64,000 nt of DNA from a candidate division FCPU426 bacterium (GTDB lineage: Bacteria; Oederibacteriota; Muellerivitia; Muellerivitales; Muellerivitaceae), in the NCBI GenBank assembly GCA_963830915.1, contig CAWHOE010000034.1, positions 1-64,000 on the forward strand, written 5' to 3'. The position numbers and the translations under genes were made by a program. Of this stretch, positions 20,983 through 30,257 are shown one piece after another. Under the pieces are notes generated by a model. It saw nothing but the letters and a program-made list of their open reading frames with translations. It did not search any database and was not told where the DNA came from. Position 1 is the first letter of the stretch. The number at the start of each line of letters is the position of its first letter.

Positions 20983-21972
20983 ATGGGAGTGACGATTCAG
21001 CAGATCGCCGAAAATACCGGAGTTTCCAAGGCGACCGTCTCGCGGGTATTGAACGGACTCGCCGTAAAATACGAGACCGAGCAAAAAGTTAAAGCCATGA
21101 TGGAAAAGATGCATTACCGGCCCAACCGGTTTGCGCGCGGTTTGGCGGCTTCCCATAAGACCGGCTTCCTAGGTGTTGTCACCCCCTCTTTGAACCTTTT
21201 TGTGGCCGCGGTTATCGCGGGAATGGAGGAGGAAGCCAGGCGCCACGGCAAGCTTTTGACCCTCGCGACCTTGCCCGTCGGGACCATCGAGGAACGTGAG
21301 ATCGTTCATACACTGACCGAACCGCCGGTTGTGGACGGCCTTTTGTTTTTCCTGCCCTCTCCCCAGATGGAAGGACTGATCCGGAGTTTAAACCAGCGCA
21401 AGTTTCCCATGGTGGTCGCCGGTGAAAAACGTTTCGAATATCTCATGCCCACGATAGCTCTGGACAATCTCAACGGCGGAAAACAGGCGACCGAATACCT
21501 GATCCAAAAAGGGCATAAAAGGATTGGTTTTATAGGGGGCCGGATGGACATGAGCGATTCAGCGGATCGGGAGGAAGGCTACCGGCTGGCTTTGAAGGAA
21601 TCCGGGATCACCGTTGAGGAAAGCTTGATCCAACCGGGGGATTACACTATTCCGTCTGGCATTCAAGCGGCCGCCAAATTTCTGGAAATGAGGAATCCCC
21701 CGACAGCTGTATTCGCCGCCAACGATGGGATGGCCATCGGCGTATTGAAGGCCCTGCAAAACCGAAAAAAAGAAGGCGCATTCGCTGTCGTGGGATTTGA
21801 CGATATCGAAATGGCTTCCTACGTGACCCCCGCGTTGACCACCGTGGGATATGACCCGCATGAATTAGGAAAGCAGGCTGTGCACAAACTCATGAGGCTG
21901 GTTCTAGGTGAGGAAAAGATCCGCTCCACCCTGCAGATCAAGACCCATTTGATCGTTCGCGATTCCGCTTAA
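20983..21972 (+). CDS. LacI-family transcriptional regulator
   Basis: TIQQIAENTGVSKATVSRVLNG HTH, YRPNRFARGL hinge, AVFAANDGMAIG, VVGFDD, PALTTV. Confidence 0.95.
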   Translation: MGVTIQQIAENTGVSKATVSRVLNGLAVKYETEQKVKAMMEKMHYRPNRFARGLAASHKTGFLGVVTPSLNLFVAAVIAGMEEEARRHGKLLTLATLPVGTIEEREIVHTLTEPPVVDGLLFFLPSPQMEGLIRSLNQRKFPMVVAGEKRFEYLMPTIALDNLNGGKQATEYLIQKGHKRIGFIGGRMDMSDSADREEGYRLALKESGITVEESLIQPGDYTIPSGIQAAAKFLEMRNPPTAVFAANDGMAIGVLKALQNRKKEGAFAVVGFDDIEMASYVTPALTTVGYDPHELGKQAVHKLMRLVLGEEKIRSTLQIKTHLIVRDSA

Positions 21973-21977
21973 ATTCC

Positions 21978-22886
21978 TTAGACCCAAAGATCTTCCGGAT
22001 AAACCCCTTCTGAAACCAATCGTCTGATAGAAACCTCAGCCTGTTTGCGGTCCTCTGGGTAAGTGAGCCCGAACCAGGAATCGGATGTGGGGAGGATTTT
22101 CACTTCGGCTCGTTTTTGGGCGATCAACAGATCGATGGCTTTAGGGATCAGGAACTCGGAGTTTTCCGTATCGCCTTGTTCGCGAAGGAAATTCCCCAAC
22201 AAATCACCGAATTGGCGGAAGACCGCAGGGGTAAGCCCCCAGATATTCATGGAAACCAACTCATCTACTCTCAGTGGATGGCCCATTCCTTTCTCGTCCA
22301 GGTATTCCGCCCCGCCTCGTGTTTTACGTACCTTGATCCGCTCCACGATTTTCTTAAGATTCCCATCGTAATCCGCCTCGCAAAGGGCCCGGGAGACATG
22401 ACCGTGCTCGGAAAGGGTGTTGGCGAGTGGGAAACCCACCATGGCATAGGAGGTGCTTTCGAGGGTGGAAAGGGAAGTGAGGTGATCGGCCATGACCTGG
22501 AAGGTTTGTCGGCCATAAAAATCATCGGCGTTGAGTACCGCGAATGGTTCCTGGACCACTTCGCGGGCGGAGTAGATAGCGTGACCCGTTCCCCAGGGCT
22601 TTTGCCTTGTCGGCGGAGCGAGAAAACCATCGGGTAGATCCGTTAGCTCCTGATGGGCATAACCGATGGGGGTGCGGGCTTCCCATTTATCGCCGACGGC
22701 CTTTCGAAAGTCCGATTCCATCTGGCGGCGAATGATGAAAACGACCTTTCCAAAACCGGCGCGCAGGGAATCGTAAATAGAATAATCCAGAAGGGTGGCT
22801 CCGCCCGGGCCGACACTTTGCATCTGTTTGAGCCCGCCGAAACGGCTTCCCATACCGGCGGCCATGATCAATAAGGTAGGTTTCAT
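21978..22886 (-). CDS. Sugar-1-phosphate nucleotidyltransferase family protein
   Basis: MAAGMGSRFGGLKQ, KPWGTGHA, NADDFYG; ATGA overlap with the galK stop. Confidence 0.85.
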   Translation of the reverse strand: MKPTLLIMAAGMGSRFGGLKQMQSVGPGGATLLDYSIYDSLRAGFGKVVFIIRRQMESDFRKAVGDKWEARTPIGYAHQELTDLPDGFLAPPTRQKPWGTGHAIYSAREVVQEPFAVLNADDFYGRQTFQVMADHLTSLSTLESTSYAMVGFPLANTLSEHGHVSRALCEADYDGNLKKIVERIKVRKTRGGAEYLDEKGMGHPLRVDELVSMNIWGLTPAVFRQFGDLLGNFLREQGDTENSEFLIPKAIDLLIAQKRAEVKILPTSDSWFGLTYPEDRKQAEVSIRRLVSEGVYPEDLWV

Positions 22887-24058
22887 GTTTCTCGACCCGA
22901 GTAAAATTTTGCCCCGGGGGCCGCATTAAAGACATAACTCGCCAGGTTCAACCCGGTTTTCGATTTGTAGTCCGCCCCGGCCTGCTGACGAAAACTCTCG
23001 ACGCCGTTTTCCTCGATCAGATTGACCGTACAACCCCCAAACCCCGCGCCTGTCATGCGGGCGCCATAAACCGACTTGTTCTTCCGGGCCAGTTCCACCA
23101 GCAGGTCCAGCTCCCGGCAGCTGACCTCGTAGTCATCCCGGAGGGATTCATGGGATCGGGCCATCAGTGTTCCAGCGCTGACCAGATCATTTTTTTCCAG
23201 GGCCCGCACCATATCTAAGACCCGTTGGTTTTCCGATACCACGTGCCGACAACGTTTGAGGATGTTTTCGGGTAGAAGTTCACGATGCCGTTCGAGATCC
23301 GCCATCGAAAGGTCCCTCAGTGTGTTGACCTGAGGCAGGGCGTGGCTGAGAAGGCGAACGCCCTCCTCGCATTCCTGTCGCCTTTGATTATAGGCTGATT
23401 GGGACAAGGCGCGTTTGACGCCCGTATTGCAAACGACAATATTCACCTCCGGATGAATGGGGAACCACTCGAACGAGAGGTTCCGGCAGTCGATCATCAA
23501 GGCATTGTTTTCTCTTCCGAGAAAGGAAGCAAAGGGGTCCATGATCCCACAGTTGACCCCGACGAATTGGTTTTCCGCCGTTTGGGCCGCCTTGATCAAG
23601 TCCAAATCGGCCCAAATAAGACCGCTGATTTTTTCCAGAAAGACCGCCGAGGCAACTTCGAGGGCCGCGGAAGAACTTAATCCAGCACCCTGGGGTAAGT
23701 CGCCCTTTAATACGGCCTGACAGCCATGGAATTTACCGCCCGCATTAAGGTATTGGGCCAAAACACCCTTGAAGTAATCTGCCCATGGATGGGAGGGATC
23801 TTTAAAAAGCTTTCCGGTCTCGAATTCCACCCTGTCCTGGTAATCGGCTGAATAAAGCAAGATCTTTCCATCTGCCCGGGCTTGTCCGCAAAAATAAACA
23901 CCACGGTTTACGGCCATAGGCAGGACATAACCTGCGTTGTAATCCGTGTGTTCGCCGATCAGGTTTACCCGGCCCGGGCCCCAGGATTCCACCGAGGGGG
24001 AATCCTCAAATAGTGAGGCGTAGATTTCTTTAGTTCGCTGGATGAGTTGCTTATCCAT
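22883..24058 (-). CDS. galK: Galactokinase
   Basis: PGRVNLIGEHTDYN, PQGAGLSSSAA, CGIMD, GARMTGAGFGGC. Confidence 0.95.
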   Translation of the reverse strand: MDKQLIQRTKEIYASLFEDSPSVESWGPGRVNLIGEHTDYNAGYVLPMAVNRGVYFCGQARADGKILLYSADYQDRVEFETGKLFKDPSHPWADYFKGVLAQYLNAGGKFHGCQAVLKGDLPQGAGLSSSAALEVASAVFLEKISGLIWADLDLIKAAQTAENQFVGVNCGIMDPFASFLGRENNALMIDCRNLSFEWFPIHPEVNIVVCNTGVKRALSQSAYNQRRQECEEGVRLLSHALPQVNTLRDLSMADLERHRELLPENILKRCRHVVSENQRVLDMVRALEKNDLVSAGTLMARSHESLRDDYEVSCRELDLLVELARKNKSVYGARMTGAGFGGCTVNLIEENGVESFRQQAGADYKSKTGLNLASYVFNAAPGAKFYSGRET

Positions 24059-24550
24059 TTTTGAACCTTTTTTGAACTTCTAAAGGAAGTTTCATAATGA
24101 CTACTGAAGTGAAAGTCTATTTATACAGGAAATGATGGTCGAAGGGAGATGACAAAATGAACCTGGGTGACCCGATAGGCGCTTAAGGTTACGCCTTCTG
24201 AAGGGGATAGGGAAGGGGCTGAAGTGGATGCCGCAAGAGCCGGGGAGGGAAACCTAAAAGCAAATTGGAATGCTTGAATTACCTTTGCGCCTACGCTATT
24301 CACAAAGGCTATCCCTTCCTTTCGTCATTGAATCCAAAGCCAAGGCCTCCGAGGTTATAATGCCGGTTTTGGGCAGAAGATCGATGCTGTTTCGGGGAGT
24401 ATGACCTGGTGAATTGGTATGGGCCTAGGGGAGGCTCCACAAAAAGTTTAAATTTTGATAGACAGGAATAAGACACTCGAGGAAAATCAGTCACCCATTA
24501 AGGAAAGCTGGTTGGGCAAAAACATTTGCCGCAAACGGTTTTCTGTGGTT

Positions 24551-24625
24551 CTTGGCGTAAGCATGGAGATCGAGCTGTTTTTAGGAAACGGCAGATCGCC
24601 GGTTCGATTCCGATCGCCAGTTCCA
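24551..24625 (+). pseudogene. Degenerate tRNA in the syntenic slot of tRNA-Thr(TGT)
   Basis: Acceptor TTGGCG/CGCCAG, T-loop GGTTCGATTCC and 3' TCCA retained; D-arm lost; 9-nt anticodon loop; 12 nt upstream of tRNA-Tyr. Confidence 0.65.
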
Positions 24626-24637
24626 CTAATCATCGAT

Positions 24638-24724
24638 GGACAGGTGCCCGAGTGGTCAATGGGAGCAGACTGTAAATCTGCCGGCCGACGGCCTTCGAAG
24701 GTTCGAATCCTTCCCTGTCCACCA
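24638..24724 (+). tRNA. tRNA-Tyr(GTA)
   Basis: Cloverleaf with long variable arm, loop CTGTAAA, encoded CCA. Confidence 0.97.
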
Positions 24725-24867
24725 TTTTTTTATATAAGCGAAAGTTCCGAAAGCTGACTTCTTTGATCCCCAACACTGGCAACCCCCGTGTTGACCACGC
24801 CTTCTTTTAATGACTGCCACACCAGCGGGAACAAGACCGGCCGGAAAATCTTTAAAAGGAGTTGTCC

Positions 24868-26439
24868 ATGTACGACCTGTTCTTGAAGACCGCCCGCGAG
24901 ATATACGAAGAAGCCAAGAAGCAGAATCGTCTCCATTACAATCCCGATTATGACACCCTAAAGAAGTGGTTTTCCGAAGAGCCGGATATCCGCAAGACCC
25001 GTTATGGAAGTCTGGAAGTGGACACCGAGCCCACCTCGCGCCTGGCACGGTTCACCAAGAACAACATTGACGATAAGTTCGGACCGGACGAGGAAGCCTT
25101 CCTCGTCAAGGCCAAGCAGATCCTCTCCAAGGAAGAGTTGATCGCGTTCGACGTGATCGTGGGCGACGGGAGCGAGAACATCTCGGCCCGGATGGTGGTG
25201 CCCAAGAAGCACGCCCATGTCTGCTACGGCGGGACCAAGCTTTTCAAGCCCGGGGCAGTCTCCGACCCGACCTATTGGATCCTTTTCTTCGTGGACGAGG
25301 AGTTCGAGAAGAACAAGACCCGCAAGCAGCCGGATAAAAAGGTCATGCTGCGCAACGCCTATTCCCCTGAGGGGAAGATGGTAAAGTTCGTCAATAACAG
25401 CAACTATATCGGCGAGTGGAAAAAAGGTATCTTCGCTGGCGAGGATTACCGGGTGAAGCTCAAGAACGACGCTATTTTCCTCCATGCTGGATGCCGAATG
25501 GACTATCTGGAGAACGTCCACGGCGACTTCAAGACCACCTCATCCCTCTTCGCGGCCTTGAGCGCCAATGGCAAGACATCCCTGACCTGCAAGGTGCTGG
25601 CGAAAAAGGGTAAGGAAAAATCCTGGCTCATCCAGGATGACGGAGGGACACTCCGGAAGGACGGCAGTTTCCGCGGGTTCGAGGGAGGCGGCGTGTTCGT
25701 CAAGACCGAGCGGCTGAACCCCAGCGACCAGATCGAGACCTATTACGGGGCCTTGAGGCCCAACACCTATCTGGAGAACCTGTACGTGGAGGCGGACGGC
25801 GAGATAGACTTCTACAATATCGAGCGCACCTCCAATGGCCGGGCCGTGATCGAACGGCGCGATTTCATGCACTCCAGTTCCGATATCAACGTGGAGAAAG
25901 TGGATAACCTGTTCCTGATCACGAGGGGTTCCATCATTCCCGCTGTCTGCAAGTTATCCGCCGAGCAGGCGGCAGCTTTCATGATCCTGGGGCAGTCCAT
26001 GGAATCCTCGGCCGGGGATCCTACCCGCGCCGGACAGTTAAAGAACGAGTTCTTCTACGATCCCTTCATCGCGGGCGATAAGTCGGCTCACGCCAATCTC
26101 TTTTATGAGATATTGAAAGCGAACCCTCATATCAAGTGCTACCTGATCAACACCGGAGGGGTGGGCGAAGGCGAGAATTACCATGATATTTCCCTCAAGG
26201 ACACCATGGGGATCCTGGATTCCCTGGTCCGCGGAGGGTTGGAAGACTGGGAAGAGTCGATCGGAACGGGCTTGATGGTTCCCAGAGCCGTCCGGACCGT
26301 GGATGACATCCTCATGCACCCCCGGAAGCTTTATTCCGCCGGGGAATTCGAGGAAAGACAAAAGGCCCTTGACACCCATCGTGCCCAGTACCTGGAGCAA
26401 TTCAAGGGACTAGATAAAAGGGTCGCCTCGGTATTCTGA
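24868..26439 (+). CDS. pckA: Phosphoenolpyruvate carboxykinase (ATP)-like protein, divergent
   Basis: FLHAGC, P-loop ALSANGKTS, LIQDDG, GFEGGGVFVKT, YLENL, TSNGRA, YLINTG. Confidence 0.75.
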   Translation: MYDLFLKTAREIYEEAKKQNRLHYNPDYDTLKKWFSEEPDIRKTRYGSLEVDTEPTSRLARFTKNNIDDKFGPDEEAFLVKAKQILSKEELIAFDVIVGDGSENISARMVVPKKHAHVCYGGTKLFKPGAVSDPTYWILFFVDEEFEKNKTRKQPDKKVMLRNAYSPEGKMVKFVNNSNYIGEWKKGIFAGEDYRVKLKNDAIFLHAGCRMDYLENVHGDFKTTSSLFAALSANGKTSLTCKVLAKKGKEKSWLIQDDGGTLRKDGSFRGFEGGGVFVKTERLNPSDQIETYYGALRPNTYLENLYVEADGEIDFYNIERTSNGRAVIERRDFMHSSSDINVEKVDNLFLITRGSIIPAVCKLSAEQAAAFMILGQSMESSAGDPTRAGQLKNEFFYDPFIAGDKSAHANLFYEILKANPHIKCYLINTGGVGEGENYHDISLKDTMGILDSLVRGGLEDWEESIGTGLMVPRAVRTVDDILMHPRKLYSAGEFEERQKALDTHRAQYLEQFKGLDKRVASVF

Positions 26440-26563
26440 CCGTTGGACGGGCCATTCCCGCCCGGAGTTGAGTTGAAAATGCATGCCCACCCGGTCAGGA
26501 TTTGAGCCTGGCCGGTCGTGGACCTTTACTTTTTAATTTGGGTTGGGATAAAGTGGGAAAGTC

Positions 26564-26638
26564 GCGGGAGTAATTCAGTGGTAGAATGCCACCCTTCCAA
26601 GGTGGACGTCGCCGGTTCGAATCCGGTCTCCCGCTCCA
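26564..26638 (+). tRNA. tRNA-Gly(TCC)
   Basis: Cloverleaf, stem CCACC/GGTGG, loop CTTCCAA, CCA end. Confidence 0.97.
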
Positions 26639-26705
26639 TTTTTTACCTTTTGAATGGTTGTTTGACCGTCACCCCTCACTTCAATCCAATAGGCAAGGAA
26701 GCGAA

Positions 26706-28508
26706 ATGCTCAGGGATAAAGAGATCATTTTAGACGACGCCATACCCGGTAACCCAAACCCGGTCATGGAGATGAACGAATTCATGGACGACCGGGTCCT
26801 GTTGTACGGACATCCCGGCCTCTGCCGGAACTGTGACGAGTTGTTATCCAGCGACGGATTCAAAATGGTCCTGGAACACTTTCTTCAAAAACTGATCAAG
26901 CAAGATTCCCCTATTTTGAGCTGCGTCAAGGATTACAAACAAAAAGACGGTTACGATTCGAAAAAACTGGCAGGGTTCCTCAAGAACCTGCTGGATCCCA
27001 AGACCTTCGAGAAGGCCCTGGCCGATGTGGATCGCGTGGTCCTGAAGGATTTCCTGGAGGAGCTCTATAACTATTGGAGAAAAAGGGAGCGCTTCGTCAT
27101 ATTCGACAGGGACGCACAGGACGGCGGCATCAATCTGGGTGAATACCACCAAAAATTCATCTTGGCCAACGAGCAGTTCAAGTTCTTGGTCTTGAACACC
27201 TACCGCCGGATCTGCGCGCATGTGATGGGAGACTGGTTCAAGGTCTACCGCCAGGTGTCGGCGGGCGTGGAAATGGGCCTGCTGGCCGAGAAGATCGATT
27301 GGAACCATCCTTCGGAAAGCTATCAAAAGCTCAAGAACATCCCGTTCATCCGTCTTTCCCTCATCTATCCCCCTCTTATCTATTACACCAAGAGCAACAA
27401 GAGGAAAGGGAAGTTCAACCCCCTACCGAATAACCCGGTGGAGACCATTCAGTTGGATCCTTCCCGCTGGCTTTGTTACCCGGCGAAGATCGGCGAATTG
27501 ATCATTTTCATCTATTTTCATAAAGACTTCATTTCTCACGCGGCCGCCCTTTCCAATCTGTTTGAACCGGCGAATGCGCAAGATATCGCCAACCGGAAAC
27601 CGGATGGCGTTATGTTGTTCGGGGTGGATCCGGCCTTGATGAATAACCAGTTGGTCGGTTATTTCGAGGACACCCAGAATAAATTGGTGGTGGGAGCGGT
27701 TTCCTACAAACTTCCCGAGGTGGATTATTTTGGTTATTTCAAAAAGACAGCTCTAACAGTCCATAACATCATCATGATCGAAAAAGGCAACCTGCCTATC
27801 CATGGGGCCATGGCGAAGATCGACCTGAAATCGGGCAAGAGTGCCCATGTGGTCATCATGGGTGATTCAGGCACGGGGAAATCCGAGTCCCTGGAAGCTT
27901 TTCGGGTGCTGGCGGACCAATACATCCGCCGATTGACGGTCGTTTTTGACGACATGGGATGCTTGAGCGTCAATAAAGAAGGGCAAGTCGTGGGATTGGG
28001 GACGGAGATCGGCGCCTTTGTCAGGTTGGACGACCTGCGACCCGGTTACCCTTATACGGAGATCGATCGGTCGGTGTTCATGAACCCCCATTTGGCCAAC
28101 GCCCGTGTTGTAATGCCGATCACCGAATACCGCCATGTAGTCATGGGTTATCCGGTGGATATGTTCCTGTACGCCAACAATTACGATAACGTGGACGAGG
28201 ACCATCCGGCATTGGAGATCATGACCGACGCCATCGAGATAGACGAGGTTTTTTCCAGCGGAGCCCGTTTGGCCAAGGGAACCACCGACGAGAAAGGCCT
28301 GGTGCATACCTATTTCGCCAATCCTTTCGGGGCGGCCCAAAAGAAAAAAAAGAACCAGGCCCTGGCCGAGGAATTCATCGACCGGCTGCTCAAGAGCGGC
28401 AAAAAAGTGGGCCAATTGCGGACCCGCTTGGGGATCAACGGTTTCGAGACAAAAGGGCCGGAAGAGGCAGCCCAGGCACTTTTCGATTACATTTCCAAGA
28501 ACCTGTAG
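26706..28508 (+). CDS. Second PEPCK-fold P-loop protein (about 600 aa) of a different subfamily
   Basis: YFGYFKK, PIHGAM, GDSGTGKSE, VFDDMG, GTEIGAFVRLDD, NARV, YFANPFG. Confidence 0.7.
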   Translation: MLRDKEIILDDAIPGNPNPVMEMNEFMDDRVLLYGHPGLCRNCDELLSSDGFKMVLEHFLQKLIKQDSPILSCVKDYKQKDGYDSKKLAGFLKNLLDPKTFEKALADVDRVVLKDFLEELYNYWRKRERFVIFDRDAQDGGINLGEYHQKFILANEQFKFLVLNTYRRICAHVMGDWFKVYRQVSAGVEMGLLAEKIDWNHPSESYQKLKNIPFIRLSLIYPPLIYYTKSNKRKGKFNPLPNNPVETIQLDPSRWLCYPAKIGELIIFIYFHKDFISHAAALSNLFEPANAQDIANRKPDGVMLFGVDPALMNNQLVGYFEDTQNKLVVGAVSYKLPEVDYFGYFKKTALTVHNIIMIEKGNLPIHGAMAKIDLKSGKSAHVVIMGDSGTGKSESLEAFRVLADQYIRRLTVVFDDMGCLSVNKEGQVVGLGTEIGAFVRLDDLRPGYPYTEIDRSVFMNPHLANARVVMPITEYRHVVMGYPVDMFLYANNYDNVDEDHPALEIMTDAIEIDEVFSSGARLAKGTTDEKGLVHTYFANPFGAAQKKKKNQALAEEFIDRLLKSGKKVGQLRTRLGINGFETKGPEEAAQALFDYISKNL

Positions 28509-28601
28509 TTATACAGAATCTATTCATCCGAAGTTGAGGGTCAGGGTTGATCCTTTGCGATTCCGGCTTGGATGGATCATTATTTTTTGAAGGAGTCCCC
28601 C

Positions 28602-30011
28602 ATGAGCTTTCGAATCGAGCATGATTCCATCGGCGAGTTGAAAGTACCTGACGAGGCCTTGTGGGGCGTCCAGACCCAGAGAGCGGTCGAGAATTTTCCG
28701 GTCAGCGGGATCAAACCGCACAAGGTTTTCGTCCAGGCCACGGTCCATATCAAGAAGGCGGCCGCTCGTTTCCACGGTAGTGTGGGCTGGCTGGACAAGA
28801 AAAAGGTCGCGGCGATCGTCAAGGCTTCCGACGAGATCCTGGAAAAGGATAAGTGGCTCGACCAGTTCGTGGTGGACGTTTATCAGGCCGGCGCGGGAAC
28901 CAGCCACAACATGAATACCAATGAGGTGTTGGCCAACCGAGCCATCGAACTATTGGGAGGCAAACGAGGGGATTATAAGTTGGTCCATCCCAACGATCAC
29001 GTAAACATGGGCCAATCCACCAATGACGTCATCCCAACCGCCATCAGGGTATCAGGTTCATTGTTGATCCGGGAACTTCTGCCGGTTTTGGAGAAACTCT
29101 CGAAAACCTTTATGGCCAAGGGAAAAGAATTCAAGGCGGTTTTCAAATCCGGCCGGACCCATCTGCAGGACGCGGCTCCTGTGACCCTGGGCCAGGAATT
29201 CACAGCTTATGGGGAGTCACTACGCCGGCATCATGGCAGGATCCTGGCGGCGTCCCGCGACCTGGAAGAACTGGGGATCGGGGGTTCAGCTGTCGGCTCG
29301 GGATTGAACACCCACGCCAAGTACCCGGTTGCTATGGCCAAATTGTTATCCGAACAAACGGGTTTGAAGTTCAAACCCCATCCCGACCTTTTTGAGGCGA
29401 TGCAGAGTTTGGCTCCGGCTGTGAGCGTTTCTAATTCCTTGCGCAATTTGGCATTGGACCTGATCCGTATCGCCAACGACTTCAGGCTCATGACCAGCGG
29501 ACCCACCACGGGGTTTGGGGAGATACTGCTTCCGGTGATGCAGCCAGGTTCCTCCATCATGCCGGGAAAGGTGAACCCAGTTATGGCGGAGTGTCTGGAT
29601 ATGGTCTGCTTCCAAGTGCTGGGATACGACACCACCGTGGCTTTCGCGGCCCAGGCCGGGCAGTTGGAACTGAACGTCATGATGCCGGTCATTGCTTATA
29701 ACCTCAACCAATCCCTCATCCTCATGACCCAAATGCTTCGGGTATTTGATGAAAAATGCGTCCGAGGTATCAAGGCCGACAAAGAACGATGCATGGATTT
29801 CGCTCAGAAAAGCGTCTCTATCGCCACCGCTTTGAATCCGGTTATCGGGTATGAAAAAGCGGCGGAAGTGGTCAAGACGGCTCTGAAAGAAGGGAAAACC
29901 ATCAAGCAAGTGGTCCTTGAAAAGAAGCTTTTGACCGAGGAGAAATACAATCATGTTGTCCGGCTCGAGAAACTGGTGGACCCCAACGGTAGAGGCCAAG
30001 GAAGCAAATAA
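28602..30011 (+). CDS. Class II fumarate hydratase / aspartate ammonia-lyase
   Basis: WGVQTQRAVENF, HPNDHVNMGQSTND, KSGRTHLQDA, GSSIMPGKVNP; fumC versus aspA not resolvable by eye. Confidence 0.9.
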   Translation: MSFRIEHDSIGELKVPDEALWGVQTQRAVENFPVSGIKPHKVFVQATVHIKKAAARFHGSVGWLDKKKVAAIVKASDEILEKDKWLDQFVVDVYQAGAGTSHNMNTNEVLANRAIELLGGKRGDYKLVHPNDHVNMGQSTNDVIPTAIRVSGSLLIRELLPVLEKLSKTFMAKGKEFKAVFKSGRTHLQDAAPVTLGQEFTAYGESLRRHHGRILAASRDLEELGIGGSAVGSGLNTHAKYPVAMAKLLSEQTGLKFKPHPDLFEAMQSLAPAVSVSNSLRNLALDLIRIANDFRLMTSGPTTGFGEILLPVMQPGSSIMPGKVNPVMAECLDMVCFQVLGYDTTVAFAAQAGQLELNVMMPVIAYNLNQSLILMTQMLRVFDEKCVRGIKADKERCMDFAQKSVSIATALNPVIGYEKAAEVVKTALKEGKTIKQVVLEKKLLTEEKYNHVVRLEKLVDPNGRGQGSK

Positions 30012-30084
30012 ACCAAATGATATGAATTCGGTGTTTTGAAGCTTCTGCTCCCGGTGAAAAGGGCCTTTTTTAAGCCATTTCTCC

Positions 30085-30112
30085 TTGACAGGGGGGGTTC
30101 GGCCCGTAAAAT
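30085..30112 (+). promoter_or_regulatory. Sigma70 promoter for tRNA-Thr/tuf
   Basis: TTGACA-16-TAAAAT. Confidence 0.75.
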
Positions 30113-30133
30113 ACCTACTCTTGCTTCATCCCC

Positions 30134-30209
<76 letters not shown>

Positions 30210-30257
30210 TGTTGTTATGACCGTGGCTTTTTTTAAATTATTTTGGAGGAAAAGGCG

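Noticed and set aside
24060..24550. 490-nt intergenic region with short ORFs and a small hairpin
   Set aside because: No recognisable protein or RNA motif; no integrase remnant seen
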